Below, piece after piece: positions 16,440 to 26,650 of a stretch of 32,247 nt of DNA. Both the position numbers and the translations under genes were made by a program. Origin of the DNA: a virus (lineage: Duplodnaviria; Caudoviricetes); the IMG/VR virus record IMGVR_UViG_3300042860_003557, positions 1 through 32,247 of that record; one strand, 5' to 3'. Position 1 is the stretch's first letter. Each line of letters begins with the position of its first letter. The notes below the pieces were generated by a model. That model was not told the DNA's origin and did not search any database. It worked only from the letters and a program-made list of their open reading frames with translations.

Positions 16440-17002
16440 AATATTTAATAGATTGTGGCACACATTTTTTTGAAGGTCTTAAAAAATTAAATAATATTTA
16501 TAAATTTGACGATACTTGGATGATATATAGTTTTGAAGCAAATCCAATTACCTTTAATGCATCTCATAAATATAAACCTAGTTATATTAATTTAATACAT
16601 ATAAATGCTGCCGTATCTACACAAGATGGCTATAAAACCATAAATTGTGAAGGTAGTCAGAATGGCTGTGGTGAAGGCTCGAATATCTTAGAATTTCCAC
16701 CACAGAGCGATACTCTTTATGGGCATAGTTTTCAATATCAGAAGTTACAAACCCCAACTTATGACTTGTGTTCTTTTATATTAAATTTATCTAATATAGA
16801 TTTTTTAGTTATAAAAATGGACATAGAGGGTGAAGAATATAGTATCCTTCCACAAATACTAAATAGTAATATCAAAATTGATGATATTTATATTGAATTT
16901 CATGAAAGGTTTTTTGAGGATACACAGTACTATGCTAGTCTAAATTCTTCGTTTATTTCACAATTACATAATAATAATACTAATGTGATAGTTTGGCATT
17001 AA
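16436..17002 (+). CDS. FkbM-family methyltransferase
   Basis: IDCG, YSFEANP, NAAVS, KMDIEGEEY, IEFH. Confidence 0.85.
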   Translation: MKYLIDCGTHFFEGLKKLNNIYKFDDTWMIYSFEANPITFNASHKYKPSYINLIHINAAVSTQDGYKTINCEGSQNGCGEGSNILEFPPQSDTLYGHSFQYQKLQTPTYDLCSFILNLSNIDFLVIKMDIEGEEYSILPQILNSNIKIDDIYIEFHERFFEDTQYYASLNSSFISQLHNNNTNVIVWH

Positions 17003-17004
17003 AT

Positions 17005-17688
17005 ATGAAATTATATACCTTTTATACAGATAGTCATTCTATATTATTTGATAATTTTTTTAAACCCTCTCTGTCTATAGTAGATAGTATTGATCTAATT
17101 TATAAAAAAGAACCTCAAAAGTGTACAACCGCATCCTATATGGATAGTGGTTGGCTAGAAACTATGAAGTCTAAGGTTCAACTGCATATTGAAGCGTCCA
17201 AACAGTTTGATGATCAACACTTTATTTATTCGGATTGCGATATTATCTTTTTAGATTCCAATTTAGTACAGATATTACTTGAAGAATTAGATGATAATGA
17301 TATTGCTTTTCAGGATGATGTCGAGCCTTATGGCAATAGACCAACGTGTTGTGCTGGTTTTTTTATTAGCAAAACTAATAAATCAACATTATCTATATGG
17401 GAAAATGTTTTAGATATACTTAATAAATTACCACAAAATACTAATCAAAACGATCAAACATTATTAAATTTGATACTTAATAATACTGGATCTAATATTA
17501 AATATAAACTTTTATCTCATAAATTTTTTACATTAGCACAGTATAGAAAAGAATTATGGGATAAAAAAACAAATTTTTTTGATTTCGATATACCGACTAA
17601 TATAGTAACATATCACGCTAATTGGACTCATGGAGTGTCCAATAAAATTAATTTACTCAATATGGTTAAATCTAAAAAACAAATATGA
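17005..17688 (+). CDS. Nucleotide-diphospho-sugar transferase (GT-A, GT77-like)
   Basis: YSDCDIIF (DxD), CAGFF, NDQ, YHANW; ATG 17005 follows the upstream stop. Confidence 0.75.
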   Translation: MKLYTFYTDSHSILFDNFFKPSLSIVDSIDLIYKKEPQKCTTASYMDSGWLETMKSKVQLHIEASKQFDDQHFIYSDCDIIFLDSNLVQILLEELDDNDIAFQDDVEPYGNRPTCCAGFFISKTNKSTLSIWENVLDILNKLPQNTNQNDQTLLNLILNNTGSNIKYKLLSHKFFTLAQYRKELWDKKTNFFDFDIPTNIVTYHANWTHGVSNKINLLNMVKSKKQI

Positions 17689-18551
17689 ACATACTGATTA
17701 CAGGACATAAAGGCTTTGTTGGTGGATATTTTTTAAAAAAATATAGTAATCATAATATCTTAGGTATAGATATAAAAGAAGGTAATGATGCTAGAGATTT
17801 TTTTAAACAAGACAATTCTGCTTTTGATTTAGTAATACATCTGGCTGCTGTCGTTGGTGGTCGCCAAACAATTGAAAACTCTCCTATATCTGTGGCTGTG
17901 GATTTATCCATAGATGCTGAATTTTTCGCATGGTGTTTACGAACAAAACCAAAGCACATCATTTATTTCTCATCCTCTGCCGCGTATCCTATAGAATACC
18001 AATATAGAGATTCTGGTATTTTATTACGAGAGGATATGATAGATCTCGATAATATCAAGTCTCCAGATTTGACATATGGTTGGGCAAAATTGACAGGAGA
18101 ATATCTTGCTAAATTTATATCTAATGAAGGAATAAATACTACAATTTTTAGACCATTTTCTGGTTATGGTACAGATCAAGATTTGTCTTATCCCTTTCCT
18201 TCATTTATACAAAGAGGATTATTAAAAAAAGATCCTTTTGAGATTTGGGGGGATGGTTGTCAAGTAAGAGATTTTATTCATATGGAAGATGTGATGAATG
18301 CTGTAGACATATGTGTACAAAATAAAATATATGGTACTTATAATTTAGGTACTGGCCGACCGATATCTTTTAATCAGTTGTGTCGTATGGTGTGTGAACA
18401 GAGTGGATATAATCCTACTATCAACCATCTGCCAGCAGCACCAACTGGCGTAATGTATAGAGTATGCGATCCATCTCTCATGTTAAAGTTTTATCAACCT
18501 AAAATTAGTTTAGAAGAAGGCATATATAGAGCATTAAAAGAGACTATTTAA
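17685..18551 (+). CDS. NAD-dependent nucleotide-sugar epimerase/dehydratase (extended SDR)
   Basis: TGHKGFVG, HLAAVVGG, SSSAAYP, YGWAK, WGDGCQVRDF. Confidence 0.92.
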   Translation: MNILITGHKGFVGGYFLKKYSNHNILGIDIKEGNDARDFFKQDNSAFDLVIHLAAVVGGRQTIENSPISVAVDLSIDAEFFAWCLRTKPKHIIYFSSSAAYPIEYQYRDSGILLREDMIDLDNIKSPDLTYGWAKLTGEYLAKFISNEGINTTIFRPFSGYGTDQDLSYPFPSFIQRGLLKKDPFEIWGDGCQVRDFIHMEDVMNAVDICVQNKIYGTYNLGTGRPISFNQLCRMVCEQSGYNPTINHLPAAPTGVMYRVCDPSLMLKFYQPKISLEEGIYRALKETI

Positions 18552-20351
18552 ATGGCTATAGCCAAAGCTAAAAAAGAAAATATTCAAAAAACTAATACAA
18601 TGTTAACAACACAGAAAAATATTATTATATATAATACTTCAGATATTGAGGTAAAATTTAATAATATAAATTTATTGACTACTAAAATCTTAATACTATC
18701 TTTAGTTAAAGACCCAATAGAGAGTGCCAAATATTTACATAATTTTATAAACAATATTTCATCAAAAATTCCAAATACTAAATTTAGTTTTTTTACTAAT
18801 AATAATAGTAATAATGGACAATTATTTTTAGACTTAATAATATCTAAACATAAAAATGTACAAATAATTAAATATAAAAATGAACATGTTGATCTAAATA
18901 ATAGAATAAATAAATTTGCAGAATATCGTAATTTAAATTTTGAATATGCTATTAAGACATTGGGTACAGATTTTGATTATGTTATAATTTTTGATTCTGA
19001 TCTATATAGTGATTTGCCTGTAGATAACATAATTCAAAGCTTATCTTTAGATGAAAAATGGTCTTGTATATCAGCCAACTGCACCTATGCTAACTCTAAT
19101 TTTTATTATGATGAATTAGCTTTGAGGTTTAAAAATAACTCCAAAGACATTACTCATCTACATCCACTATTTAAAGAATATTATGGTAGTAGTCAAAAAT
19201 GGCTAGAGTCTCTTAGAATATTCAATGCTTGGACAGAGACTGATAGTGCTTTCGGATGTTTAAGTATATATAAAATGAGAGAACTATTGGATATTTACGA
19301 CAAATATGGTAAATTATACGATCTGACGAACTACCCAGAATATACAGCAGAGCATATATCTCTGCATGATAAATTGCCGCACAAGAAACTAATTAGTCCA
19401 ATAATTAATTATAGTAATAATATAAATATAGAGGATAATATGACGCACACAACAGCTTTTGTTCCAAGAGATGCTGGTTTTTTTTCAGTCTTTAATTTTT
19501 ATGTTGGTTGTTTGACACAAGGAGCTAGATCATATCCTCTATGGAATAAACAAGAATTACTTAATATGCACGGTACAAATGCTCATTTTGCATATTGGAC
19601 AGAAAATTTTAATTGTTGGTTTGATTATTTTGAACCAGTACAATTTTTTGATAATGACACAACGCACGTTACAGAGGAATATGTAAAATTACCACGATAT
19701 TCTGGCGAACAAGGACCGGAAGAGTTTAGACTACCCAATAAAACTAAAGAACTCTTAAAAGGAGATAAAGTCAAATTCCAAGAATGGCGAAATAATGTTC
19801 ATAAATTTTTCAAAACTTTTATTAAGTTCAAACCTGAAATTGTCGATACTGTAGATAAGATCTGGTATGATCATTTTCGTGATAGTCAGAATATTATTGG
19901 GATCCATTACAGACATCCAAGTCATTTTATAGAAAGTGGTAAAATATATTTAGAAAATTATTTTGATAAAATAGATAGTATTCTAAAAGAATATCCAAAG
20001 TCAAAGATATTTTTAGCTTCTGATAGCCAATTTGGTATTTATTCTTTTATAGAGCGTTATGAAGATAGGGTTTTTTATATTAAAGATATTGACAGATTAA
20101 GTATGGCTGAATTTTTACAGTGGGCTTTTGGATTAGCAGATGGTCAGGCTGACCATGTGGGATTTATTAATGGTAAAGGCTATGAATTACATCATAAAAG
20201 AGTAGGAAAAACAGATAATAAAAAAATGACCTTAGATCTTTTAACAGAAATACTGTGCCTATCTAGATGTAATCAAATTATCAATAATATTTCTAATATA
20301 CCACTAGCTATTAGTTATATCAATCCAGAAATTGAGATTATTACATTATGA
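18552..20351 (+). CDS. Two-domain glycosyltransferase: CAP59-like N-terminus plus NodZ/GT23-like C-terminus
   Basis: N-half FAEYRN, FDSD, YYDELALR, SAFG, AEH parallels the next gene; C-half AGFFS, GIHYRH, IFLASDS, LSRC..II...SN. Confidence 0.7.
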   Translation: MAIAKAKKENIQKTNTMLTTQKNIIIYNTSDIEVKFNNINLLTTKILILSLVKDPIESAKYLHNFINNISSKIPNTKFSFFTNNNSNNGQLFLDLIISKHKNVQIIKYKNEHVDLNNRINKFAEYRNLNFEYAIKTLGTDFDYVIIFDSDLYSDLPVDNIIQSLSLDEKWSCISANCTYANSNFYYDELALRFKNNSKDITHLHPLFKEYYGSSQKWLESLRIFNAWTETDSAFGCLSIYKMRELLDIYDKYGKLYDLTNYPEYTAEHISLHDKLPHKKLISPIINYSNNINIEDNMTHTTAFVPRDAGFFSVFNFYVGCLTQGARSYPLWNKQELLNMHGTNAHFAYWTENFNCWFDYFEPVQFFDNDTTHVTEEYVKLPRYSGEQGPEEFRLPNKTKELLKGDKVKFQEWRNNVHKFFKTFIKFKPEIVDTVDKIWYDHFRDSQNIIGIHYRHPSHFIESGKIYLENYFDKIDSILKEYPKSKIFLASDSQFGIYSFIERYEDRVFYIKDIDRLSMAEFLQWAFGLADGQADHVGFINGKGYELHHKRVGKTDNKKMTLDLLTEILCLSRCNQIINNISNIPLAISYINPEIEIITL

Positions 20352-21199
20352 ATATACAAGAACTGTTACCTCCATCAAAAGAATTTATAAATAAATATAA
20401 TCAATATATTAATGTTGGCAAAAACTTTCTATCAACTAAAAAAATAGTAATACTTGGTTTAGCTAGAAATATAGGTTCTTCTATAGAACACTCTATAACC
20501 AAATTAGTTGATTTTGCTAAAAATTCCAAAGAATATAAAATCATTATCTTTGAAAATGATTCTGAAGATAACACTAGAGAAATACTAGATAACTTAAAAA
20601 AAGACAACTCCAATATTATAACTATTTATGAGACTCACAATAGACCACAATTCGGCCCAGTACAAGATGCTGAACGAACAATGGCTTTGGCGGAATATAG
20701 AAATACTCTGAAGGAGTATGTCAAAACACACCTGTCTGATTATGATTTTGTAGTGGTTTCTGATATGGATTTTATTGACTTTAGCGACCTAGGATGCTAT
20801 AACTCATTCGGATGGTTTTCTACACACAATAACACCATTGATGCTATAGCAGGAAATGCTTTTGAATATAAAAATGTAACATTAGCTAATCAAAAAAGCT
20901 TATGGAACTATGATAGTTGGGCCTTTAGGTATACTTGGTGGAATCAGTTGCCTATTTTAGATTCTATGACTTATAGTGGAATGTTATGGTTTGGATTTTT
21001 TATTATGCCAGTTGGATCTCCTATTATTCCTGTCAATAGTGCTTTTGGTGGTATGACTATTTATAAAATAAACTCGTTTATTCAGGGAACATATGATGGC
21101 TTTGATTGTGAACATGTGTGTTTTCATTATGATCTTAAGCAAAAAATTCCATCATTTCAATTAGTAATAAATCCTTCACAAACAATGTTAGTTATATGA
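20348..21199 (+). CDS. CAP59/GT69-like GT-A glycosyltransferase
   Basis: GLARN, FENDSED, LAEYRN, DMD, YDSWAFR, VNSAFGGMTIY, DCEHVCFH. Confidence 0.75.
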   Translation: MNIQELLPPSKEFINKYNQYINVGKNFLSTKKIVILGLARNIGSSIEHSITKLVDFAKNSKEYKIIIFENDSEDNTREILDNLKKDNSNIITIYETHNRPQFGPVQDAERTMALAEYRNTLKEYVKTHLSDYDFVVVSDMDFIDFSDLGCYNSFGWFSTHNNTIDAIAGNAFEYKNVTLANQKSLWNYDSWAFRYTWWNQLPILDSMTYSGMLWFGFFIMPVGSPIIPVNSAFGGMTIYKINSFIQGTYDGFDCEHVCFHYDLKQKIPSFQLVINPSQTMLVI

Positions 21200-21333
21200 T
21201 ATTTTTATTAATTCTTGCAATTATTATTGGCTTAATGCAATCTCAACAAGCAATTTATAATGTTAGAAATGGCTTAGAGATTGGTGTCCCAGAATCAAAT
21301 AGTTTAATAGACTTTACATTTTTAAACAGATGA
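21196..21333 (+). CDS. Small membrane peptide, 45 aa (not in ORF track)
   Basis: MIFLLILAIIIGLMQSQQ...FLNR; ATGA overlaps at both ends. Confidence 0.75.
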   Translation: MIFLLILAIIIGLMQSQQAIYNVRNGLEIGVPESNSLIDFTFLNR

Positions 21334-21872
21334 ATAATAGACTAAATAATCAAAGAGTATATTTAGCGGGTGCGATGGATAGAGTCGCAGATCGTGGCAC
21401 AGGATGGAGAGATAGTATAACTCCATTTTTAGAAAGTTTAGGAATAGTTGTCTTTAATCCAATTAGTAAACCTACGGATATTGGATTAGAAGATCATGAT
21501 ACTCATCAAATCAAAACCAAGCTCAAACAAATGGGCAGATATGATGAATTAAGTGCTATGATGAAAACTATTCGTGCTGTAGATTTACGATTGGTAGATA
21601 TAAGTGATTTTTTAGTAGTCAATCTAGATTTAGATACCCATCCATGTGGAACATATGAAGAAATTTTTTGGGCTAACCGTCAGAAAAAACCTATAATAGT
21701 TCATATGGTACAAGGTAAAAACAAAACACCAGACTGGCTATTTGGTACAATACCACATCAAATGATTTTTTCTAGTTGGGAAGAAATCCAAAACTATCTA
21801 GAACATATTCATACTTCAGAAAATATAGACACTCATAAACGATGGTACTTTTTCAATGCAAAAAATAATTAA
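21330..21872 (+). CDS. Nucleoside 2-deoxyribosyltransferase-like protein
   Basis: VYLAG, VFNP, SDFLVV, GTYEEIFWA...KKP. Confidence 0.8.
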   Translation: MNNRLNNQRVYLAGAMDRVADRGTGWRDSITPFLESLGIVVFNPISKPTDIGLEDHDTHQIKTKLKQMGRYDELSAMMKTIRAVDLRLVDISDFLVVNLDLDTHPCGTYEEIFWANRQKKPIIVHMVQGKNKTPDWLFGTIPHQMIFSSWEEIQNYLEHIHTSENIDTHKRWYFFNAKNN

Positions 21873-22995
21873 TGAAACTAAACTAGATTTTGATGATGTT
21901 CTTATTAGGCCAAAAAGATCTTTTCTAACAAGTAGGAAACAAGTGTCCCTGCTAAGGGATTTTCATTTTGTTCATTCTCCTAGACAGTTAAATTGCATAC
22001 CAATAATGGTGGCTAACATGGATACTGTTGGTACGCTTGAAATGGCAAAAACCATAAGTAAACATAAAAGCATAGTTTGCTTACATAAGCATTATTCTGT
22101 TGATTCTCTTGTGGATTTTTATACACAATACTCTGATCTTAGAGATTATGTCTTTTATTCTACAGGAACTTCTACTAAAGATATTGAAAAAACAACAGAA
22201 GTATTTAATAAGCTCAAAATACGCAACACCCTACTGCCTAATATTTGCCTAGATGTTGCTAATGGATATACAGAACAATTTGTTAAAACAGCAGCACAAT
22301 TAAGAAAATCTTTTCCAGAAGTTATTATTATGGCTGGAAATGTTGTGACTCCAGAAATGGTTGAGGAACTTATACTGCATGGAAAAGTAGATATAGTCAA
22401 GATTGGTATAGGGTCAGGTAGTGTATGTACCACTCGTTTAAAAACGGGCGTTGGATACCCTCAATTGAGCGCTGTGATGGAATGTGCCGATGCTGCTCAT
22501 GGTCTGGGTGGTCATATATGTTCTGATGGTGGATGCAAAGTGGTCGGAGATATTTGCAAAGCTTTTGGTGGCAATACTGATTTTGTAATGTTAGGTAGTA
22601 TGTTTGCAGGAACTGACGAATGTGAAGGAGAATGGACATACGAGTATCGTTGTGCAATAGTTGACAACGATAGGAAAGTAGTCCAAGAATGGTGGCAACC
22701 TAGCGATCCTGGTTATAATGATCAAAAACGTAAAAAAACATTTCAATATTATGGTATGAGTAGTAAAAATGCTATGGATAAACATCATGATGGAGTAGCC
22801 AATTATAGGACAGCAGAAGGTAAATGTGTTACTATATCATATAAAGGATCAGCAGAAGAAATATTGCAAGATATTTATGGTGGTCTCAGAAGTGCTTGTA
22901 CTTATATAGGCGCTACTAAAATAAAAGATTTCGGTAAAAAAACAACATTTATACAAGTTAATAACACACACAATAAAATATATGAAAAACCTTAA
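21856..22995 (+). CDS. guaC: GMP reductase
   Basis: KLDFDDVLIRPKRS, ANMD, DVANGY, GIGSGSVCTTR, GYPQLSA, SDGG, YGMSS, AEGK, GGLRSACTY. Confidence 0.93.
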   Translation: MQKIINETKLDFDDVLIRPKRSFLTSRKQVSLLRDFHFVHSPRQLNCIPIMVANMDTVGTLEMAKTISKHKSIVCLHKHYSVDSLVDFYTQYSDLRDYVFYSTGTSTKDIEKTTEVFNKLKIRNTLLPNICLDVANGYTEQFVKTAAQLRKSFPEVIIMAGNVVTPEMVEELILHGKVDIVKIGIGSGSVCTTRLKTGVGYPQLSAVMECADAAHGLGGHICSDGGCKVVGDICKAFGGNTDFVMLGSMFAGTDECEGEWTYEYRCAIVDNDRKVVQEWWQPSDPGYNDQKRKKTFQYYGMSSKNAMDKHHDGVANYRTAEGKCVTISYKGSAEEILQDIYGGLRSACTYIGATKIKDFGKKTTFIQVNNTHNKIYEKP

Positions 22996-24097
22996 TTTAT
23001 TTTGTCCGATTAATAGTACTGGCTACGGTATTACCTCATTAAATATTACTAAAGCTTTATCTCAAGATTTAAATATATGTTTATTTCCTATTGGAAATAG
23101 TATAGAATGTAATACTGAAGATGATAGTAAAACTATAAAGCAACTACTAGATCGTAGTTCATCCTTCGACTATTCTGCCCCATGTTTGAAAATATGGCAT
23201 CAGTATGATTTAGCGACTAGAATAGGAAATGGCCACTATTATACATTCCCATTTTTTGAAGTAGATAAACTAACTCCTAGAGAAATTCATCACTTAAATT
23301 ATTCTGATTTTATATTTGTTGCATCAGAATGGGGTAAAAAGATTTTACAACAAAATAACGTAAATAAACCGATATATGTAGCTCCATTGGGAGTGGACGC
23401 TAGCATCTTTCGTATTCCAGAAAATAAAATATTAATAGAAAATGATAATTATCGTTTTTTTCACATAGGAAAATGGGAACATAGAAAATCACAAGATATT
23501 TTATTAAAGGCTTTTGATGCTGCTTTTGATATTAATGATAATGTAGAACTATATTTATTACCATTTAATCCATTTTTAACAGAACAGGAAAATAATTATT
23601 GGTTTAATTTAGTAGAAAATTGTAAATTAAAAAATAAGATAAAAATTTTTGGTAGACTAGATACACAATACCAAGTAGCAGAATTTATTAGCAGATGTGA
23701 CTGTGGCGTTTTTGTGTCTAGGGCTGAAGGATGGAATAATGAAATTATTGAAAGTATGGCAATGAATAAGCCAGTTATTGTTACTAATTATTCAGCTCAT
23801 ACTGAATATTGTAATAAAGATAATTCTTATTTAGTAGATATTGATGAAACAGAACCGGCTAACGATGGTAAATGGTTTAAGGGTTTTGGTAATTGGGCTA
23901 AAATTACGGATAAACAAATAGAACAAATTATTCATTATATGAAATATGTGTATCATAATGGTATATATTCTAATCCTAGTGGTGTAGCAACAGCTAATCA
24001 CTATAGTTGGAATCATACTGCTAATATTATTAAGTCTACTTTTATTAGGAATAATAGCTATTATGCCAATACCAAAGCCAAAACAAAACGAAGATAG
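22982..24097 (+). CDS. GT-B glycosyltransferase (GT4-like)
   Basis: PLGVD, HRKSQD, SRAEGWNNEIIESMAMNKPVI (Ex7E). Confidence 0.88.
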   Translation: MKNLNLFCPINSTGYGITSLNITKALSQDLNICLFPIGNSIECNTEDDSKTIKQLLDRSSSFDYSAPCLKIWHQYDLATRIGNGHYYTFPFFEVDKLTPREIHHLNYSDFIFVASEWGKKILQQNNVNKPIYVAPLGVDASIFRIPENKILIENDNYRFFHIGKWEHRKSQDILLKAFDAAFDINDNVELYLLPFNPFLTEQENNYWFNLVENCKLKNKIKIFGRLDTQYQVAEFISRCDCGVFVSRAEGWNNEIIESMAMNKPVIVTNYSAHTEYCNKDNSYLVDIDETEPANDGKWFKGFGNWAKITDKQIEQIIHYMKYVYHNGIYSNPSGVATANHYSWNHTANIIKSTFIRNNSYYANTKAKTKRR

Positions 24098-24731
24098 TAC
24101 AAAGTTTGTTTCTCGTTGCATGAGTAATGAGACAATGAAAAAGGAGTATCCTGATCAAAAACAAAGAGTAGCTATTTGTCTTGGTCAAACACGCAAAAAA
24201 AGTAAAAGCGGATTATTTTCTAGTGTTTTAGATATTTTAGGTTTTTCGTTATCGTATAACGATTGTGAACAATGTGGTGATGTTGAAGAAGTGAATGCAA
24301 ACAATATTATTATTCCTGATAACAATGATTATGTAGATTTTGGTGAAGCAACTGAAGAATTTATATTTTTATCACAAGCTAGTTATGAATATATTGATCC
24401 AGTAACATATGAAAAGTATTATTTTGAACGTAGAGGAAATTATAAAAAAGATGGCAGATATCTTAGATATGAAGGAGAAGCCAAAGGAGCAGAATACCAA
24501 GGACGCAAAGTTACTCTTAATAAACCATTTAGAACATCTAATGGGCCTAAAAAATTTGCAGTATATACCAAAAACGAAAGTGGTAATGTTGTAATTGTAA
24601 GATTTGGTGATCCTAATATGAAAATTAAAAAAAATATTCCTGAACGTCGTAAAAGTTTTAGAGCAAGACATAATTGTGATAATCCTGGCCCCAAATGGAA
24701 GGCCAGATACTGGTCTTGCAAAGCTTGGTAA
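24063..24731 (+). CDS. Conserved phage hypothetical protein, modular
   Basis: N-terminal MPIPKP...SRCM...QRVAIC module; C-terminal RFGDPNM...RRKSFRARHNC...YWSC module. Confidence 0.8.
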   Translation: MPIPKPKQNEDSTKFVSRCMSNETMKKEYPDQKQRVAICLGQTRKKSKSGLFSSVLDILGFSLSYNDCEQCGDVEEVNANNIIIPDNNDYVDFGEATEEFIFLSQASYEYIDPVTYEKYYFERRGNYKKDGRYLRYEGEAKGAEYQGRKVTLNKPFRTSNGPKKFAVYTKNESGNVVIVRFGDPNMKIKKNIPERRKSFRARHNCDNPGPKWKARYWSCKAW

Positions 24732-24744
24732 TTAGGAGCTTATA

Positions 24745-25641
24745 ATGAATCGTTTTCATACAATTTTAAATTCAATCAATAGTACAGTAGCAGATGCTAT
24801 GCAAAAAAAGAATGAAGATAAAACCAATATTATTCATGCCGAAGAAGTAGAAATGAATGACTATAAAGAAAGTTTTTATGACATGAGTGTTGGCTCATTA
24901 AAAGCAATAGCAGCACACGCTCAAGATATTATTAATAACTTAGAAAATGAAACTGTGAAAAATAATCTAACAGCACCACACTTACAAGGTATGATAGCTG
25001 TTGCTGAAGATCATATGCGTAGTATTCATGATTTTGTAATGTATGTAGAATTTGAACAAGAAGAAGAGATGGAAGAAGAAACAGAACCAATGGAAGAAGA
25101 ATCAAAAGTTGAACCCATAATGAAAAAACACAAACAAACTAAAAGAGTAAGAATTAAAGATCTTCCACATTATACATTTGTTATGCCAAATTCTCCAGTA
25201 GAAGCAGATTCATATAATGATATCAATATGTTCGAACTTGGACCATCTACTATGAAGAATTTAGATGATCTATATGGAGATGATGAAGAAAACACTAAGT
25301 TAAATGATACTAATGCTATGAAATCTATGATGGAACTGTATGCTAATATTTATTCTATAATAGAAAATGTAAGCGATCCTGTTGTAAAACAGAAGTTGAC
25401 AGAAGCTATGAAAAATGTTAGAATGAGCGGCATGGTAGAGGCTATGAAAAAATTTGAAGACTTTCTAATGTTTTTACCTCTTTCTGACGATGATAAGACT
25501 ATGTTTGCGTCAGAAAATCGTCCTGGTTTATGGGAAAATATTCGTAAGAAAAGAGAGCGTATGGGTAAGAAATATAAGCCAGCAAAGCCAGGAGATAAAG
25601 GCAGACCAGATCCAGAACAATGGAAAAAACTAACTAAGTAA
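24745..25641 (+). CDS. Hypothetical acidic Met-rich protein with basic C-terminal module
   Basis: AGGAG RBS; C-terminal PGLWENIRKKRER...GRP. Confidence 0.8.
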   Translation: MNRFHTILNSINSTVADAMQKKNEDKTNIIHAEEVEMNDYKESFYDMSVGSLKAIAAHAQDIINNLENETVKNNLTAPHLQGMIAVAEDHMRSIHDFVMYVEFEQEEEMEEETEPMEEESKVEPIMKKHKQTKRVRIKDLPHYTFVMPNSPVEADSYNDINMFELGPSTMKNLDDLYGDDEENTKLNDTNAMKSMMELYANIYSIIENVSDPVVKQKLTEAMKNVRMSGMVEAMKKFEDFLMFLPLSDDDKTMFASENRPGLWENIRKKRERMGKKYKPAKPGDKGRPDPEQWKKLTK

Positions 25642-25657
25642 TAATTCGGTAGGATTT

Positions 25658-25984
25658 GTGAACCAGGATAAGATTGAATTTATAGAATGGCTAATTAATA
25701 GAATGCAATTTAAATATAATTGCAGTCGTGATGATATTATCATATCTCAACTATTAGAAATTATAGAATTTTTAAAACCCAAGCCATTCCATTTAAGTCT
25801 TTCTGATATAGACTTGGACAAGATACTTAGTAGATATTATGTAGATTTTATGCTCGATAAATGTGATGATATGCAAATTGGTTTTTCTGATGAAGAAAGG
25901 ATAACATTCAGAAATAACATTAAAAATATTGTCACAGACATTATTAATAATAATATTCCCAAGGACTTCTTAATTAAAGGATAA
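25658..25984 (+). CDS. Hypothetical protein
   Basis: AGGA then GTG start; ORF track. Confidence 0.7.
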   Translation: MNQDKIEFIEWLINRMQFKYNCSRDDIIISQLLEIIEFLKPKPFHLSLSDIDLDKILSRYYVDFMLDKCDDMQIGFSDEERITFRNNIKNIVTDIINNNIPKDFLIKG

Positions 25985-25990
25985 GAGAAC

Positions 25991-26650
25991 ATGCTATTAC
26001 AACTAAATGGTGTAGGTAATCAGAAAATTCAATATAAAGACCATTCAACACTAAGTTTTGACAGTTTAGACAATTATATGCTTTTGGCAAAAAAGTCTAT
26101 ATCAAAATTTTCTAACCAATTCTATAACGGCCTATCGGCAAAAATGCTCAAAGATGAGGATGCTATATCTTCTGTTGCTAATGCTATTATGATGGCGGAT
26201 TGGAGATGGGATGAAAATTATCAAAATACTAAAGGTACTAAAAAGACCAAGTATTCATATCGTAATCAATGTGCCTTATGGGCCATACAAACCTATGTAT
26301 CTAAAAACCATAAGAAAAATAAAAAATTCAAAAATAAAGTTTATTCTTTAGATCATATTGTAGAAGACCAAGATGATTCTACAGTACATAGTTTTACACA
26401 AGATACAAAAAGTTTGTCGCCAGAAGAAATATTAAGCAACAAGGAGAATAAGGAGCAACTGTCTTCACTCATAGAATCATTGCTCAGTTTAGAGTGTTTA
26501 AGTCCTAGACAAAGAGACTATATTAGATTATATTATTTTGAGTCTTATACTTTTGAGAAAATTGGCCAAAAATATGGTATTACTAGAGAGGCAGTAAGAC
26601 AAGGCTTAAATAAGGCTATTACCTTAATAAAGGAATCTATTAATGTTTAA
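25991..26650 (+). CDS. Phage RNA polymerase sigma-factor-like protein
   Basis: Region 4 HTH LSPRQRDYIRLYYFESYTFEKIGQKYGITREAVRQ; divergent region-2-like ADWRWD...KYSYRNQCALWAI; YSLD. Confidence 0.8.
   Translation: MLLQLNGVGNQKIQYKDHSTLSFDSLDNYMLLAKKSISKFSNQFYNGLSAKMLKDEDAISSVANAIMMADWRWDENYQNTKGTKKTKYSYRNQCALWAIQTYVSKNHKKNKKFKNKVYSLDHIVEDQDDSTVHSFTQDTKSLSPEEILSNKENKEQLSSLIESLLSLECLSPRQRDYIRLYYFESYTFEKIGQKYGITREAVRQGLNKAITLIKESINV

Noticed and set aside
22620-22740. GMP reductase insertion as an intein or intron
   Set aside because: Too short, in frame, and lacks intein terminal motifs
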